Shown here in pieces: positions 8,172-18,707 of a stretch of DNA of 20,730 nt. Made by a program: the position numbers and the translations under genes. The stretch spans positions 1-20,730 of the forward strand of contig CAYPLO010000011.1 of NCBI GenBank assembly GCA_964411615.1, read 5' to 3'. Within the stretch, counting starts at the first letter, position 1. The number at the start of each line of letters is the position of its first letter. The notes beneath the pieces are model-generated. The model had not been told where the DNA came from and did no database searches. It saw only the letters and a list, made by a program, of their open reading frames with translations. Origin of the DNA: an uncultured Aquificales bacterium. Its GTDB lineage: Bacteria > Thermosulfidibacterota > Thermosulfidibacteria > Thermosulfidibacterales > Thermosulfidibacteraceae.

Positions 8172-8883
8172 CCCTTATTTCATACCCCCTTTCCTTAAGA
8201 TACTTCCTCAATTTTTTTACAGCCTTCCAGTGGATTTGGCAAACCCTCGCCTCTGTAACCCCAAGCACAGCACCTATCTCCTTAAAGGTTAATCCCTTCT
8301 CATAGTAAAGGGATAACACGAGCTTCTCCCTCTCAGGAAGCGCCTCTATGGCCTCAACAAGGTCCCTGAAGAGCTGGTTCTCTTCAAAGAGTCTGTCAGG
8401 GGTGTTCTCGTCCTCAAGTATTGAAAGAAGGGTGTAATCGTCCATACCGTCTATTATGGGGTCGGTTATGCTCACCACCTGGGAGTTTATATCCTGCCTT
8501 ATGATATCCACCACCTCACCCTCATCCAGCTGGAGCCTCTCCCCCAGCTCCTCAACGGTGGGCTCCCTGCCAAGCTCCGCAGCAAGCTCATCCCATACCC
8601 TCTCAAGGTCCTTTATCTGCTTTCTTCTGTGCCTGGGAAGGATATCTAAGGAGCGAAGGTAATCCAGCATGGCACCTCTTATCTTTATCTCTGCAAACTT
8701 AGAGAAGCTCTCCCTTCTGGAGGGGTCGTACCGGGATACGGCATCCATCAGTCCCACATAGCCGTATCCCATAAGGTCCTCAAGCTCCACATTAGCCGGT
8801 AGTCTCTGCTTCAGTCTGGTGGCTATCCTGGCCACCAGAGGCAGGTGCTCCTCTATCAGCCTCTCTCTGTCTGTGGTCATCAT
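8164..8883 (-). CDS. fliA: RNA polymerase sigma-28 factor FliA
   Basis: [73 protein letters not shown]. Confidence 0.96.
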   Translation of the reverse strand: MMTTDRERLIEEHLPLVARIATRLKQRLPANVELEDLMGYGYVGLMDAVSRYDPSRRESFSKFAEIKIRGAMLDYLRSLDILPRHRRKQIKDLERVWDELAAELGREPTVEELGERLQLDEGEVVDIIRQDINSQVVSITDPIIDGMDDYTLLSILEDENTPDRLFEENQLFRDLVEAIEALPEREKLVLSLYYEKGLTFKEIGAVLGVTEARVCQIHWKAVKKLRKYLKERGYEIRDD

Positions 8884-9124
8884 GGGCTACCTTATGAACA
8901 ATAACAGAAAACAGGGTGCTGTAAAAGCCCAAGAAAAAGCCAAAGGCCCCAGCAACTATAGACTTGCCAAAGACGGCCCACGGGTCAAGCTGTGTAAAGT
9001 AAAGACTCAAAAAGGATACGGTAAAGCCTATAAGCCCCGAAAGGGCCCCCACCTTTGCGGCAAAGGACCTCGCCTTGGCATCGGTGAGTATCTCCTCAGC
9101 CACCCTCTCAGTATCTACCTGCAC
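8792..9124 (-). CDS. Small two-transmembrane protein between flhG and fliA, FlgV-like
   Basis: GTG start 7 nt after GAGG. Two Gly/Phe-rich hydrophobic segments, then a polar, apparently disordered tail. Position and topology match FlgV; sequence homology not verified. Confidence 0.7.
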   Translation of the reverse strand: MQVDTERVAEEILTDAKARSFAAKVGALSGLIGFTVSFLSLYFTQLDPWAVFGKSIVAGAFGFFLGFYSTLFSVIVHKVAHDDHRQREADRGAPASGGQDSHQTEAETTG

Positions 9125-9956
9125 CTTTAAACCTCAGTATCCCCATGGACAATCTGGCTAAGGCCCCCTCCTCAGGCCTAAAGATATCCCAGGAAATGAG
9201 CCTATCAACCAGAGGCTCCAGGGCTCCCCTCACAGATTCAAGGGGCTTCAGGCTCTGTTCTCTGACCATGTTAACGAAGGCCCTGTCCCTGGGAATCTCA
9301 CCGAGATTAATCAGTCTGGCCCCATTCAGGAACTTTGAGCAGACCGTCTCAAGGTACCTGAAGGTGGTGCCCGCCTCTTCCCTTTCTCCCATATTCACAA
9401 CCACGGTAAACTCCTTCTTTGAGTAGTCCCTGTTAAGAATCTTCAGAAGTGCATAGGCATCGGTTAAAGAGGTGGGCTCTGGGGTGACAACCAGCAAAGT
9501 GTGTCTGCAGGAGACACAGAACAACAGAACATCATCGGATATACCCGCCCCCGTATCCGCTATTATGTAGTCCGCCCTGTCGCTGAGCTTCAACAGCTCA
9601 AGGGCCATCCTCCCCCTCATCTTGGCATCCATATTGAGAAGCTCCCTTATGCCGGAGCCACCGGGTATCACGTAGAAGTTGGGAAGGACCTCAACCAGCA
9701 CCTCATCGATGGTGGCCTCCCCCTTGGCCACGTTGTAAAGGTTGAGCTTGGGGGAAAGGCCCAGCATAACGTCCACATTGGCCAGACCAAGGTCTCCGTC
9801 TATCAGGTAGACCCTCTTGCCCCTTTCAGCCAGAAGCCACGATAAAACTATAGAGACGGTGGTCTTTCCAACGCCACCCTTGCCGCTGGAGACGGCCAGG
9901 GTGACCACAGGGCTTCTTGCCTTCACAATCTCCTTCAGGAAGTCCGTCTGGGTCAT
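9108..9956 (-). CDS. flhG: MinD-like flagellar number regulator FlhG/FleN
   Basis: [42 protein letters not shown]. Follows flhF with ATGA overlap. Confidence 0.94.
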   Translation of the reverse strand: MTQTDFLKEIVKARSPVVTLAVSSGKGGVGKTTVSIVLSWLLAERGKRVYLIDGDLGLANVDVMLGLSPKLNLYNVAKGEATIDEVLVEVLPNFYVIPGGSGIRELLNMDAKMRGRMALELLKLSDRADYIIADTGAGISDDVLLFCVSCRHTLLVVTPEPTSLTDAYALLKILNRDYSKKEFTVVVNMGEREEAGTTFRYLETVCSKFLNGARLINLGEIPRDRAFVNMVREQSLKPLESVRGALEPLVDRLISWDIFRPEEGALARLSMGILRFKGAGRY

Positions 9957-11095
9957 TGAGCCTCCTCACCAAGGATGTAATCCACCATGGTTTTGGGAGA
10001 TGCCTCCTCTATATCCTCAGGAACCCTCTGTCCAGTGGTTATGTAGGTTATGGGAAGCTTGGTATGCCAGCATATGTTTACGGGAAGGCCGTACACCTCC
10101 GTCTCATCCAACTTGGTGAGCACAATCCCATCGGGCCTCTTCACAGAGAAGCTCTCTATAATCTTCAGGGCCTCTTTGAATCTGCACCCGTAAGTTACGG
10201 CCACAAGCAGAATGTAGTCCTCCACAGCCCTTAAGAAGTCCTCTATCTCCTCCTTCCTCAAAGCATCCCTGTATGACCTTCCCGCCGTATCCACCAAGAG
10301 CACCTTATCCTTCAGGAACGAGACGAACCTGCCAAACTCATCAGGGGTGTTGGCGGTGAAGAGGTCTATCCCGAGGATGTCCGCATAGACCTGAAGCTGC
10401 TCAGAGGCCCCCACCCTGAAGGTGTCTATGCTCAATAGGGCCACATCCCTTCCCTCGTAAAGTTTAAGTATAGAGGCCAGCTTAGCCAGGGTGGTGGTCT
10501 TGCCCACTCCCGTAGGTCCCACCAGAACCACCGGAAGCCCAGGGACAAACCTGGGCTTATCCGTAATCAAGAGTTTCTCCAGCATATCCCTGCAGAGAAC
10601 CCAGGGGGATAGAAGCTCCTCCTGGGAGATGCTCCTGGCCACCATCCCTATGAGCCTTTCGTCAACCTCCATCTCCCTCAGTCTGTTGCACACGGAAAGG
10701 GCCTCTTCATCCATGGAAAGGGAAGCAGAGACCATGCCACTTTCCAGAATGCCCTTTATGGTCTTTAACTCTTTCTTGAGCTCCTTGAGTTCCCTATCCC
10801 TCTGGGCCTGGGCAAGGAGGGCCTTCTTCAGGTCCTCAATCTCAACGAGTACCCTACCAACAGGGTCCTCAGGTGGGGTTGAGATGTGTGGCTGGGGAGG
10901 CTCACGCCTCACCTCCTCTATAAGCTCTATCCTCCTTCTCGGCTCATCATCTATGGAGAGGTCCACGGCGGCGATAACCTCAAAGGTCTCCCCCACCCTT
11001 TTGGTTGAGAGGATAACCGCATCCTCCCCCAGCTCCTCCTTTATCCTCAGCATCACCTCGGGGAGGCTCTTACCCCTGTATCTTTTTATCTTCAC
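9953..11095 (-). CDS. flhF: SRP-family GTPase FlhF
   Basis: [50 protein letters not shown]. Confidence 0.96.
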   Translation of the reverse strand: MKIKRYRGKSLPEVMLRIKEELGEDAVILSTKRVGETFEVIAAVDLSIDDEPRRRIELIEEVRREPPQPHISTPPEDPVGRVLVEIEDLKKALLAQAQRDRELKELKKELKTIKGILESGMVSASLSMDEEALSVCNRLREMEVDERLIGMVARSISQEELLSPWVLCRDMLEKLLITDKPRFVPGLPVVLVGPTGVGKTTTLAKLASILKLYEGRDVALLSIDTFRVGASEQLQVYADILGIDLFTANTPDEFGRFVSFLKDKVLLVDTAGRSYRDALRKEEIEDFLRAVEDYILLVAVTYGCRFKEALKIIESFSVKRPDGIVLTKLDETEVYGLPVNICWHTKLPITYITTGQRVPEDIEEASPKTMVDYILGEEAQ

Positions 11096-13140
11096 TTAAT
11101 GACCCCCACCACCTGCACCTTCACATCGGGAGGAACCTCAAGGTTGGAAAGCACAGGAACCCTGGGAAGAACCCTCTCTATGAACTTTCTAAAGGCAGGC
11201 CTCAGCTCGTAGGAGACCACTATTGCAGGCTGCAACCCCTGATTTAAAGCAGGCTCAAGGGCCTGGGTGATTTTGCCTGCAAGCTCCTGAATCTTATCTT
11301 GGGGCATAACGAGGAAGGAGCCCTTATCCGTCCTTTGCAGGTACTCCGTAAGCTCCTTCTCCAGCTTGGGGTCCAGGGTAACAATGGGAAGCACATCCGA
11401 TGTGCCCATGAGCTGCTTCACAATCTGCCTGCCCAGGGCCTGCCTCACAAACTCCGTGATGGTCTCCGGGTCCTCCACCTTGTCGGCGTACTCCGCCACA
11501 ACCTCCAGTATCCTCTTGAGGTTTCTTATGGATACCCCCTCCTTCAGCAGATTCTGTAGCACCTTCTGGAGCAGAGAGTGGGAGACCACGTTGGGGACCA
11601 GGTCCTCAACCAGCTTCGGATAGCTCTTGGCAAGGGCATCCAGCAGGTCGTTGAGCTCATCCCTGCCGAGAAGCTCATGGGCGTGGGCCTTAATCACCTC
11701 CGAAAGGTGGGTGATTATGACGGTGGCGGCATCAACCACGGTGTGTCCGTCAAGGGTGGCCTTCTCCTTCTCCTCCTCAGAGACCCACATGGCGGGAATT
11801 CCAAAGGCGGGCTCCTTTGTGGGAATCCCCTCGTACTTCAGCTCCCCACCGGAAGATGGAATGACCAAGTACATATCAACATAGACCTCCCCCTCCGCCA
11901 CCTCTGTTCCGTATATGAGTATCCTGTATCTATTTGGCTCAAGGGCGAGGTTATCCCTGACCCTGACGGGAGGAACTATGAAGCCATAATCCTGTGCTAT
12001 CTGCCTTCTCATGGCCCTTATGCGGTTTATGAGGTCTCCCTTCTCCACAAGGGGAATAAGGTTGTAACCCAACTCAAGCTCCAGAGGGTCTATCTGCAGG
12101 GATGTTTTAATCCTTTCAATATCCGCCTCGGGGGTCTCCTCCTTCTCCTCAGGCACCTCCTCAACCTCTGGCTTCCTCATCCCCAGATACCCCACAACGG
12201 CAAGGAGCACCGATAGAAGGAAGAAGGGAACGAAGGGAAAGCCGGGAACGAAGCCAGCAAACAGCAGAATACCTGAGGCCAGGAAGAGGGCCCTGGGGTA
12301 GGAGGTAAGCTGGTTCAACAGGTCCTTACCCATGTGGGACTCAGAGGCCGCCCTGGAGACAAGAATACCTGCCGCTGTGGATACGATGAGGGCCGGTATC
12401 TGGCTCACAAGGCCGTCTCCGATGGTGAGTATGGTGTAGGTCTTGGCGGCCTCGGCCAGGGGCATCCCGTGCTGCAAAACACCTATGATTAGGCCACCCA
12501 CTATGTTTATGCATGTGATTATGAGCCCAGCTATGGCATCCCCCCTTACGAACTTGGAGGCTCCATCCATGGCCCCGTAGAAGTCGGCCTCCCTCTGTAT
12601 CTCCTCACGCCTCCTTCTGGCCTCCGCCTCATCTATTAGACCGGCGTTGAGGTCCGCATCTATGGCCATCTGCTTTCCGGGCATGGCGTCAAGGGTGAAC
12701 CTTGCGGCAACCTCTGCAATCCTCTGGGCACCCTTGGTGATGACAACGAAGTTTATAATCACCAGAATCAGAAATATCACAAAACCCACAACGTAGTTTC
12801 CACCAACCACAAACTGCCCAAAGGCCTCTATTATGTGTCCTGCAGCAGCTGTCCCCTTGTTTCCGTAAAGCAGTATCCTCCTGGTGCTGGCCACATTGAG
12901 GGAGAGCCTGAACAACGTCACCATGAGAAGAAGGGAGGGGAACGAGGAAAACTCCAAGGGCCTTTTCATGTAAACAGTGGCAAGAAGCACCAGAACAGAG
13001 ATGCTTATGTCTAATGCTATAAGAACATCCAATGCCCAAGAGGGCAGGGGAATTATCATAACGGTGAGGATGAGAACTACAGCGGCGGCAACTCCCAGTT
13101 CGGTAAACAGGTCGGCCCTTCTTAAGCTCAGCTCCCTCAT
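11092..13140 (-). CDS. flhA: Flagellar export gate protein FlhA
   Basis: 682 aa. FHIPEP signature [25 protein letters not shown] and [15 protein letters not shown]. Confidence 0.98.
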   Translation of the reverse strand: MRELSLRRADLFTELGVAAAVVLILTVMIIPLPSWALDVLIALDISISVLVLLATVYMKRPLEFSSFPSLLLMVTLFRLSLNVASTRRILLYGNKGTAAAGHIIEAFGQFVVGGNYVVGFVIFLILVIINFVVITKGAQRIAEVAARFTLDAMPGKQMAIDADLNAGLIDEAEARRRREEIQREADFYGAMDGASKFVRGDAIAGLIITCINIVGGLIIGVLQHGMPLAEAAKTYTILTIGDGLVSQIPALIVSTAAGILVSRAASESHMGKDLLNQLTSYPRALFLASGILLFAGFVPGFPFVPFFLLSVLLAVVGYLGMRKPEVEEVPEEKEETPEADIERIKTSLQIDPLELELGYNLIPLVEKGDLINRIRAMRRQIAQDYGFIVPPVRVRDNLALEPNRYRILIYGTEVAEGEVYVDMYLVIPSSGGELKYEGIPTKEPAFGIPAMWVSEEEKEKATLDGHTVVDAATVIITHLSEVIKAHAHELLGRDELNDLLDALAKSYPKLVEDLVPNVVSHSLLQKVLQNLLKEGVSIRNLKRILEVVAEYADKVEDPETITEFVRQALGRQIVKQLMGTSDVLPIVTLDPKLEKELTEYLQRTDKGSFLVMPQDKIQELAGKITQALEPALNQGLQPAIVVSYELRPAFRKFIERVLPRVPVLSNLEVPPDVKVQVVGVIK

Positions 13141-14186
13141 CAGGCAGCCCTACCCCTTTGCCTGTAAACGTAGGCAAGAACCTCAGCCACAGCCTTATAG
13201 AGGGCCTCGGGAATCTCCTCCCCCACCTCAACCATCTTGTAGAGCATCCGGGCAAGAGGCCTGTTCTCCACTATGGGCACCCCGCTCTTTCGGGCTATCT
13301 CTCTGATTCTTTTTGCAAGCTCCCCCGCTCCTTTAGCCACAACTTTGGGGGCGTTCATCCTCTCTGCATCATACTTTAGGGCCACAGCAATCTCAACGGG
13401 GTTTGTTATAACCACATCCGCTTTGGGAACCTCCTGCATCATCCTCTTTCTGGCAAGCTCCCTTTGAATCCTGCGTATTCTGGCCTTAACCTGGGGGTCT
13501 CCCTCCTGCTGCTTCAGCTCCTCCTTAACCTCCTGTTTGGTCATCTTCAGGCTCTGCTCGTGCTCCCACCTCTGGTAACCGTAATCCAGAAGCGATATGA
13601 ACAGAAAAAGTATCCCAACTTTCAGCACCAGAGAACCCGAAGCCTTGAGGAGATGGGCAAATATCTGCTCAGGAGACATGGCAAAAAGGGATGTGGCCCC
13701 AAGGGCCTGGGACTTTATGATGGGATAGGCCACCCAGAGGACGAGAAGAACCTTAATGGCAGACTTAACCAGCTCAACAAGTGCCCTCTTTGAGAACAGA
13801 TTCTTCAAGCCGTTTACAGGATTGAGCTTGTCAAACTTAGGGGAGATAACCTCCAAGCTGAATAGAAAGCCGAACTGAACCACATAGCTGAATATTCCCA
13901 CAACCACCAGAAGCAGAAACAGGGGAAGCAGAAGCTTGGAAAGCAGAAACAGACTGACCGGAAAAGAAGACTGCAGGGTCTCCCTGCTGTAGGCGTTACC
14001 CAGAAAGTAGTTGAACATGCCTTTAAAGGCCTCAAAGTAGTAATTCTTAGCCATATAGAGGAAACCGAGGGTGGCGAGTATGAGAAGGGTGGAGGGGAGC
14101 TCCCTGGTCCTTGCAACCTGCCCTCTTCTTCTGGCCTCCTGTCGCCTTCGCGGAGTCGCCTCTTCGGTTCTCTCTTCGGCACCCAT
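13140..14186 (-). CDS. flhB: Flagellar export switch protein FlhB
   Basis: [65 protein letters not shown]. Confidence 0.97.
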   Translation of the reverse strand: MGAEERTEEATPRRRQEARRRGQVARTRELPSTLLILATLGFLYMAKNYYFEAFKGMFNYFLGNAYSRETLQSSFPVSLFLLSKLLLPLFLLLVVVGIFSYVVQFGFLFSLEVISPKFDKLNPVNGLKNLFSKRALVELVKSAIKVLLVLWVAYPIIKSQALGATSLFAMSPEQIFAHLLKASGSLVLKVGILFLFISLLDYGYQRWEHEQSLKMTKQEVKEELKQQEGDPQVKARIRRIQRELARKRMMQEVPKADVVITNPVEIAVALKYDAERMNAPKVVAKGAGELAKRIREIARKSGVPIVENRPLARMLYKMVEVGEEIPEALYKAVAEVLAYVYRQRGRAA

Positions 14187-14188
14187 AC

Positions 14189-14956
14189 TCAGCCTGCAAA
14201 CAGCTTGAGTATCTTATACATGTGGAGCTTGGCCGTGAGAAACTCCCTTGAGAAGAGCCACACCATCCCCCTTATTGAGAAGGCAAGAAGCACAAGCCCC
14301 ACGAATATCTGCAGGGGAAAGCCCACCATGAATATGTTCATCTGTGGAACAACCCTTGCCGATATGGCCATCACCAGCTGGATGAGGAAGAGCACCACGA
14401 ATATGGGAGCATTCACCTTTATGGCTATGGTGAACAGGGTCTTTCCAAGATTGAAAAGGAACAGCCCCCACTTAACCCCCATGGATAGGCCCTCCAAGGG
14501 GACCACCTTCAGAGAATCGGTGAAGGCCCACAGAAACCAGAAGTGCCCACCCACACTCAGAAAGACCAGAATAGCCACAAGGTTCTCAAAGTGGGATATG
14601 AGGGGCACAGAGGCCTCAGACTGGGGGTCCATAACATTCACTATGGCAAGCCCCATCATGTAACCAACGTACTGGCCACCCAGCTGGATGCCGTCAAACA
14701 CAATCCTTGCGGCAAAGCCCATGGCAGCCCCCAGCATCAGCTCCCTGGCCACATCCAGCACAAGCCACAGTAGAGTTCCAGGAAGGGGCACGTTCCCCTG
14801 ACGAGATATGACCGCAACTGCCAGAAAGAGAGAGAGGCCCGCCTTGGCAACGGCCGGAACGCTTCTGCTTCCCACCACAGGAGAGAAGACTATGAAGAAG
14901 GAGGCCCTAAGGAAGAGCAGGAGAAACTTGTAGAATAGGGCAAGGTCAATGGTCAT
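14189..14956 (-). CDS. fliR: Flagellar export protein FliR
   Basis: 255-aa hydrophobic protein with MGL....[21 protein letters not shown]. Lies between fliQ and flhB. Confidence 0.95.
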   Translation of the reverse strand: MTIDLALFYKFLLLFLRASFFIVFSPVVGSRSVPAVAKAGLSLFLAVAVISRQGNVPLPGTLLWLVLDVARELMLGAAMGFAARIVFDGIQLGGQYVGYMMGLAIVNVMDPQSEASVPLISHFENLVAILVFLSVGGHFWFLWAFTDSLKVVPLEGLSMGVKWGLFLFNLGKTLFTIAIKVNAPIFVVLFLIQLVMAISARVVPQMNIFMVGFPLQIFVGLVLLAFSIRGMVWLFSREFLTAKLHMYKILKLFAG

Positions 14957-15222
14957 CTCACATAGAGGGGAATGTTACGGAATAGCTGAACCGTGAAGTC
15001 CACAAGTATACGAATCATCCAAGGGCCAAGAAACAACAGGGTAAGGGCAGCAACAATTATCTTCGGCACAAAGGTGAGGGTCATCTCCTGTATCTGGGTT
15101 GCAGCCTGCAGAACACCTATCAAAAGCCCCACAACCATGGTGGTTATAAGCACCGGTGCCCCTATGAGAAGGGTCACCTTCATGGCACCAGCCCCTATAG
15201 CCACCACCGTCTCAGGACTCAT
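14953..15222 (-). CDS. fliQ: Flagellar export protein FliQ
   Basis: [20 protein letters not shown] 15222 overlaps the fliP stop (ATGA) and gives the canonical 89 aa. Confidence 0.95.
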   Translation of the reverse strand: MSPETVVAIGAGAMKVTLLIGAPVLITTMVVGLLIGVLQAATQIQEMTLTFVPKIIVAALTLLFLGPWMIRILVDFTVQLFRNIPLYVR

Positions 15223-15959
15223 CTGAAGCTCCTCACCAAGGATACCACAACAAGGTCCCATCCGTTAACTAACACAAAGAGCAACAGTTTAAAAGGCAAA
15301 GATATAAGAACCGGAGGAAGCATAATCATACCCATGGAAAGGAGAATGCTTGAAATCACGATATCTATAATCAGAAACGGGATGTATATCACAAAGCCTA
15401 TCTCAAAGGCGGTCTGCAACTCACTGGTTATAAAGGCAGGAATCAGTACATGGGTGGGAACGTCCTCCCTGTTTCTTGGCTTAACACCGGCAATTCTACA
15501 GAACACACCAAGGTCCCTCTCCCTCACCTGCCTGAACATGAAGTCCCTGAGTCTGTTAACGGTTCTGCCGTAGGCCTCCTCAAAGGATATCTTGCCCTCC
15601 ATATAGGGGGAAAGGGCATCGTTATATATACCCTCCCAGGTGGGAGCCATCACGAAGACGGTGAGAAACAATGCAAGCCCTATCAGCACCTGGTTGGGAG
15701 GCATCTGCTGGGTCCCAAGAGCAGACCTCAGAAGGGATAGAACCACGATTATCCTGGTGAAGGAGGTGAGCATAACAAGGATGGAAGGGGCAAGGGCGAT
15801 GACGGTTATGAGCAGAATAATCTCAAGGGTTACAGCAACATCCCTGGGGCTTTTAGCGGTATCAACTCCTATGGTGAGCTTGGGCACAGGGACCTTTGCA
15901 GCATGGGCCACAGAAACCAAAAGAACAAGCAGGAACAGAAGGCTACATGCTCTCCTCAA
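15219..15959 (-). CDS. fliP: Flagellar export protein FliP
   Basis: [59 protein letters not shown] start at 15959 (or 15971) gives a signal peptide ending AHA; the track's 16034 start is over-extended. Confidence 0.95.
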   Translation of the reverse strand: MRRACSLLFLLVLLVSVAHAAKVPVPKLTIGVDTAKSPRDVAVTLEIILLITVIALAPSILVMLTSFTRIIVVLSLLRSALGTQQMPPNQVLIGLALFLTVFVMAPTWEGIYNDALSPYMEGKISFEEAYGRTVNRLRDFMFRQVRERDLGVFCRIAGVKPRNREDVPTHVLIPAFITSELQTAFEIGFVIYIPFLIIDIVISSILLSMGMIMLPPVLISLPFKLLLFVLVNGWDLVVVSLVRSFR

Positions 15960-16275
15960 GCACCTTCTCAAAGGTCTCCTCTTCCAGGTCCTTCTCCGAC
16001 AGCTCAGAAAGCAGCTGGATACTTCCCTCTGCAAGCCCCACCAGAAATAGCCTGCCCCCCACCTTCACAACAGCCACAGCCCACTTGCCCATTACTGGGG
16101 TAACCTCAAGAATCTGAATCTTCCTTCTGCCAAATACAGGTGGCCCCACCCTCATCTTCCTCAGGATATAGGCCACCAGAAACACAATTGCGAGAATCAC
16201 AGCAAGGGCAAGTACTATCCTTAAGGAATAGCCCCAGAGAGAAGGGACGTTTATCTGGGGAGGAGGTGCCTTCAC
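15943..16275 (-). CDS. fliO: Flagellar export chaperone FliO
   Basis: 110 aa. One TM helix, then [26 protein letters not shown]. Lies between fliN and fliP. Confidence 0.88.
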   Translation of the reverse strand: MKAPPPQINVPSLWGYSLRIVLALAVILAIVFLVAYILRKMRVGPPVFGRRKIQILEVTPVMGKWAVAVVKVGGRLFLVGLAEGSIQLLSELSEKDLEEETFEKVLEESM

Positions 16276-16276
16276 A

Positions 16277-16582
16277 TCAATCTCCCTTTATGGGGAGAAT
16301 CTCCGTTATCCTGACTCCGAACTTCTCGTCCATAACAAGCACTTCACACTTGGCGAACTTCTCCCCGTTCATGTAGAGGTCAAGGGCCTCTCCGGTGGAT
16401 CTGTCCAGCTCTATTATGGCACCAGGGGAGAGCCTCAGGATATCCCTTATGGTGCACTTGGCCTTTCCCAGAATAACCTCAAACTCCAGCTCCACATCGT
16501 CAAGAAACTCCAAGGACTGTCTTTTGGCAGAATCCTCCCCGTTCTCAAGGTTCTCCAGCTTCCACTCCCTCTCCTCCATCAC
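16277..16582 (-). CDS. fliN: Flagellar motor switch protein FliN
   Basis: Single SpoA domain: [39 protein letters not shown]. Confidence 0.92.
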   Translation of the reverse strand: MMEEREWKLENLENGEDSAKRQSLEFLDDVELEFEVILGKAKCTIRDILRLSPGAIIELDRSTGEALDLYMNGEKFAKCEVLVMDEKFGVRITEILPIKGD

Positions 16583-17118
16583 TGCACCACAAAGTCGGTA
16601 AAGTATATGTCAACCACCTTGCCTGTGGTCAGTATAAGGTTCACCCTGGCCATTATCTCCCTCTTCAAGGCCAGCTTTCCAGCAGGGGTGGATATGTCCT
16701 TATAGTACTTGTTCGAGATGACCGTTATTATGGCATCCCTTATAACAGGGAGCTTCTTCTCTATCTCCTTCTCCACCTCCTTGTTGGACAAAGCGAGGGT
16801 CATATCAACCTTGAGGTAGCGGGAGCCATCCTCATCCGCCAGATTCACTATAAAAGTGTCCAGCTTATAGAAGAACTGGGGAACAGCAGTGGGAACACCT
16901 GTCACCATAGGAGCGGTAGGTGCCGCCGGAACAGCCGCAGGGGCCGCCTGGGGAACAGGAGCCTGTGGCTGCTGGGGCTTTTCCTTCTTCTTGAACAGGA
17001 AAAAGTAGGCCGCGCCTCCCCCACCTGCAAGAAGGACGAGCAACAGAATAAGAATAATCAGTAGCTTACCCTTACCCTTTTTCTTTGGTGCCTCCTCTAC
17101 CCTCTCCTCGTCGCCCAC
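16579..17118 (-). CDS. fliL: Flagellar basal-body protein FliL
   Basis: Lys-rich N-terminus, TM ending [36 protein letters not shown]. Confidence 0.95.
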   Translation of the reverse strand: MGDEERVEEAPKKKGKGKLLIILILLLVLLAGGGGAAYFFLFKKKEKPQQPQAPVPQAAPAAVPAAPTAPMVTGVPTAVPQFFYKLDTFIVNLADEDGSRYLKVDMTLALSNKEVEKEIEKKLPVIRDAIITVISNKYYKDISTPAGKLALKREIMARVNLILTTGKVVDIYFTDFVVQ

Positions 17119-17128
17119 AATCCACCTC

Positions 17129-17923
17129 CTACTCTATCTCCACCTCTGGACCCACCTTGGCCTTACTGCCCTGCTCCTTCACTAATATAACTATATCCAC
17201 CCTCCTGTTCAAAGCCCTGTGTTCAGGAGTATCGTTGGGATAGAGGGGCTTATAGGGCCCATAACCTGCCACAGACATCTTCTGAGGAGGAACACCCTTT
17301 GCCAAAAAGTACCTCATTACGCTTATGGCCCTTGCAACGGAAAGCTCCCAGTTGTCCCTGTACTTGCCCCCAACCACAGGGGTGTCGTCGGTGTGGCCCT
17401 CTATCCTTATGGGATACTTCAGCTCCTTTATCAGGGGAATAAGCTCATCAAGAATCTTCTTCCCCTGGGGCTTCAACACCGCATCTCCAGGGTCAAAGAG
17501 CACACCTCCCACTATGGAGACCACTATACCCTCCTTGGTCTCCCTCACATTGACAGGCCCCTTTTCAGGCTCCTTTGACTCTAAGTACCCTTCCCTGTTT
17601 CTATAGGCCCTGCCCTTGCCGGGCTTGAAATGAGAATAGAGAATCTTCTTCACCCTCTCCATAACGAGCTTCTTGGGAGGAACAAGTCCCACAGAGGGCA
17701 GTATCAGCTCCTTGCTCACCTCCGTCTTAAACCCTCCCTCAAGCACACCAAGGGCACCCTGAAGGGAACCCAGAGCCTCTTTTATCTTCTTCTGGTCAAG
17801 GGAGGCCATGGAGAGAAGCAGAACGAAGAAGGTGAGAAGGAGACTCATAAGGTCGGAGAAGGTGGTCATCCAAGCAGGGCAGCCACCTCCACCCTCGTCA
17901 CACTTATCCCGCTTCTTGCCCAT
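17129..17923 (-). CDS. motB: Stator B subunit (MotB/PomB family)
   Basis: TM WMTTFSDLMSLLLTFFVLL. OmpA-like domain with EGHTDD, NWELSVARA, NRRVDI. Confidence 0.96.
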   Translation of the reverse strand: MGKKRDKCDEGGGGCPAWMTTFSDLMSLLLTFFVLLLSMASLDQKKIKEALGSLQGALGVLEGGFKTEVSKELILPSVGLVPPKKLVMERVKKILYSHFKPGKGRAYRNREGYLESKEPEKGPVNVRETKEGIVVSIVGGVLFDPGDAVLKPQGKKILDELIPLIKELKYPIRIEGHTDDTPVVGGKYRDNWELSVARAISVMRYFLAKGVPPQKMSVAGYGPYKPLYPNDTPEHRALNRRVDIVILVKEQGSKAKVGPEVEIE

Positions 17924-17931
17924 AACAGCTC

Positions 17932-18696
17932 CTACTCAAACACGCTCTTTCTGAGCTTCGGAGGAATGTAGGCGTGCAGCTTCTGCTCCAGAATCCTGGG
18001 GTTATCACCGGCCTGTATGGAGAGTATCCCGGCAAGTATGATGTCCTTAACCAGTATCTCCTCTGAGGACCTGAGTTTAAGCTTGTTAGCAAAGGGGCTG
18101 AATATAACGTTGGCCATAACTGCGCCGTAAAAGGTGGTGATAAGAGCAACGGCCATGGCGGGACCGATGGTGCTGGGGTCGTTCATGGTCCTGAGCATCT
18201 GAACAAGACCTATGAGGGTACCTATCATACCGAAAGCGGGAGCAAGGGAAGCCATGAAGTCCATCATGTCGGCACCCTTCTTGTGCCTGTCCTCTATGAA
18301 GGCTATCTCCGTCTCCAGAATATCCCTCATCACATCGGGCTCAGTCCCATCAACAGCAAGTTGTATGGCCTTTTTGAAGAAAGGGTCGTCTATCTCCTCT
18401 ATCTTACCCTCAAGGGCCAGTATCCCCTCCTTTCTAGCTATCTGTGCAAACTCAACCAGCTGAGCAATGATGGCAACAGGGTCCTGAGGCTTGTAAAGGA
18501 AGGTGTTCTTGATAACTCCAACGACTCCCAGAACGTCCTTCAGTGGATAGCTGGTGAAGGTAGCCCCCAAGGTTCCCCCAACGGTAATCATCACGGAGGG
18601 AATATCTATAAAGGCGCTTATGGGGCCACCCATGGTGATGGCCACAATCATAAGACCAAAACAGACGACTATACCGATAAGGGTTGCTATATCCAT
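17932..18696 (-). CDS. motA: Stator A subunit (MotA/PomA family)
   Basis: ARKEGILALE, APAFGMIGTLIGLVQML, IGPAMAVALITTFYG, IQAGDNPR. Confidence 0.96.
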   Translation of the reverse strand: MDIATLIGIVVCFGLMIVAITMGGPISAFIDIPSVMITVGGTLGATFTSYPLKDVLGVVGVIKNTFLYKPQDPVAIIAQLVEFAQIARKEGILALEGKIEEIDDPFFKKAIQLAVDGTEPDVMRDILETEIAFIEDRHKKGADMMDFMASLAPAFGMIGTLIGLVQMLRTMNDPSTIGPAMAVALITTFYGAVMANVIFSPFANKLKLRSSEEILVKDIILAGILSIQAGDNPRILEQKLHAYIPPKLRKSVFE

Positions 18697-18707
18697 GGCT
18701 CAGACCC

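Noticed and set aside
8212..8218. A7 run (A_AAA_AAA) near the fliA 3' end as a possible FliA-CheB fusion or phase-variation site
   Set aside because: Both shifted frames hit stops (TAA, TGA) within a few codons, before cheB. The run is short.
12689..13255. 188-aa alternative-frame minus-strand ORF over flhB/flhA
   Set aside because: It is an off-frame shadow of conserved genes with no motif support.
15960..16034. Long N-terminal extension of FliP in the ORF track
   Set aside because: It overlaps fliO. A TTG start gives normal length and a signal peptide.
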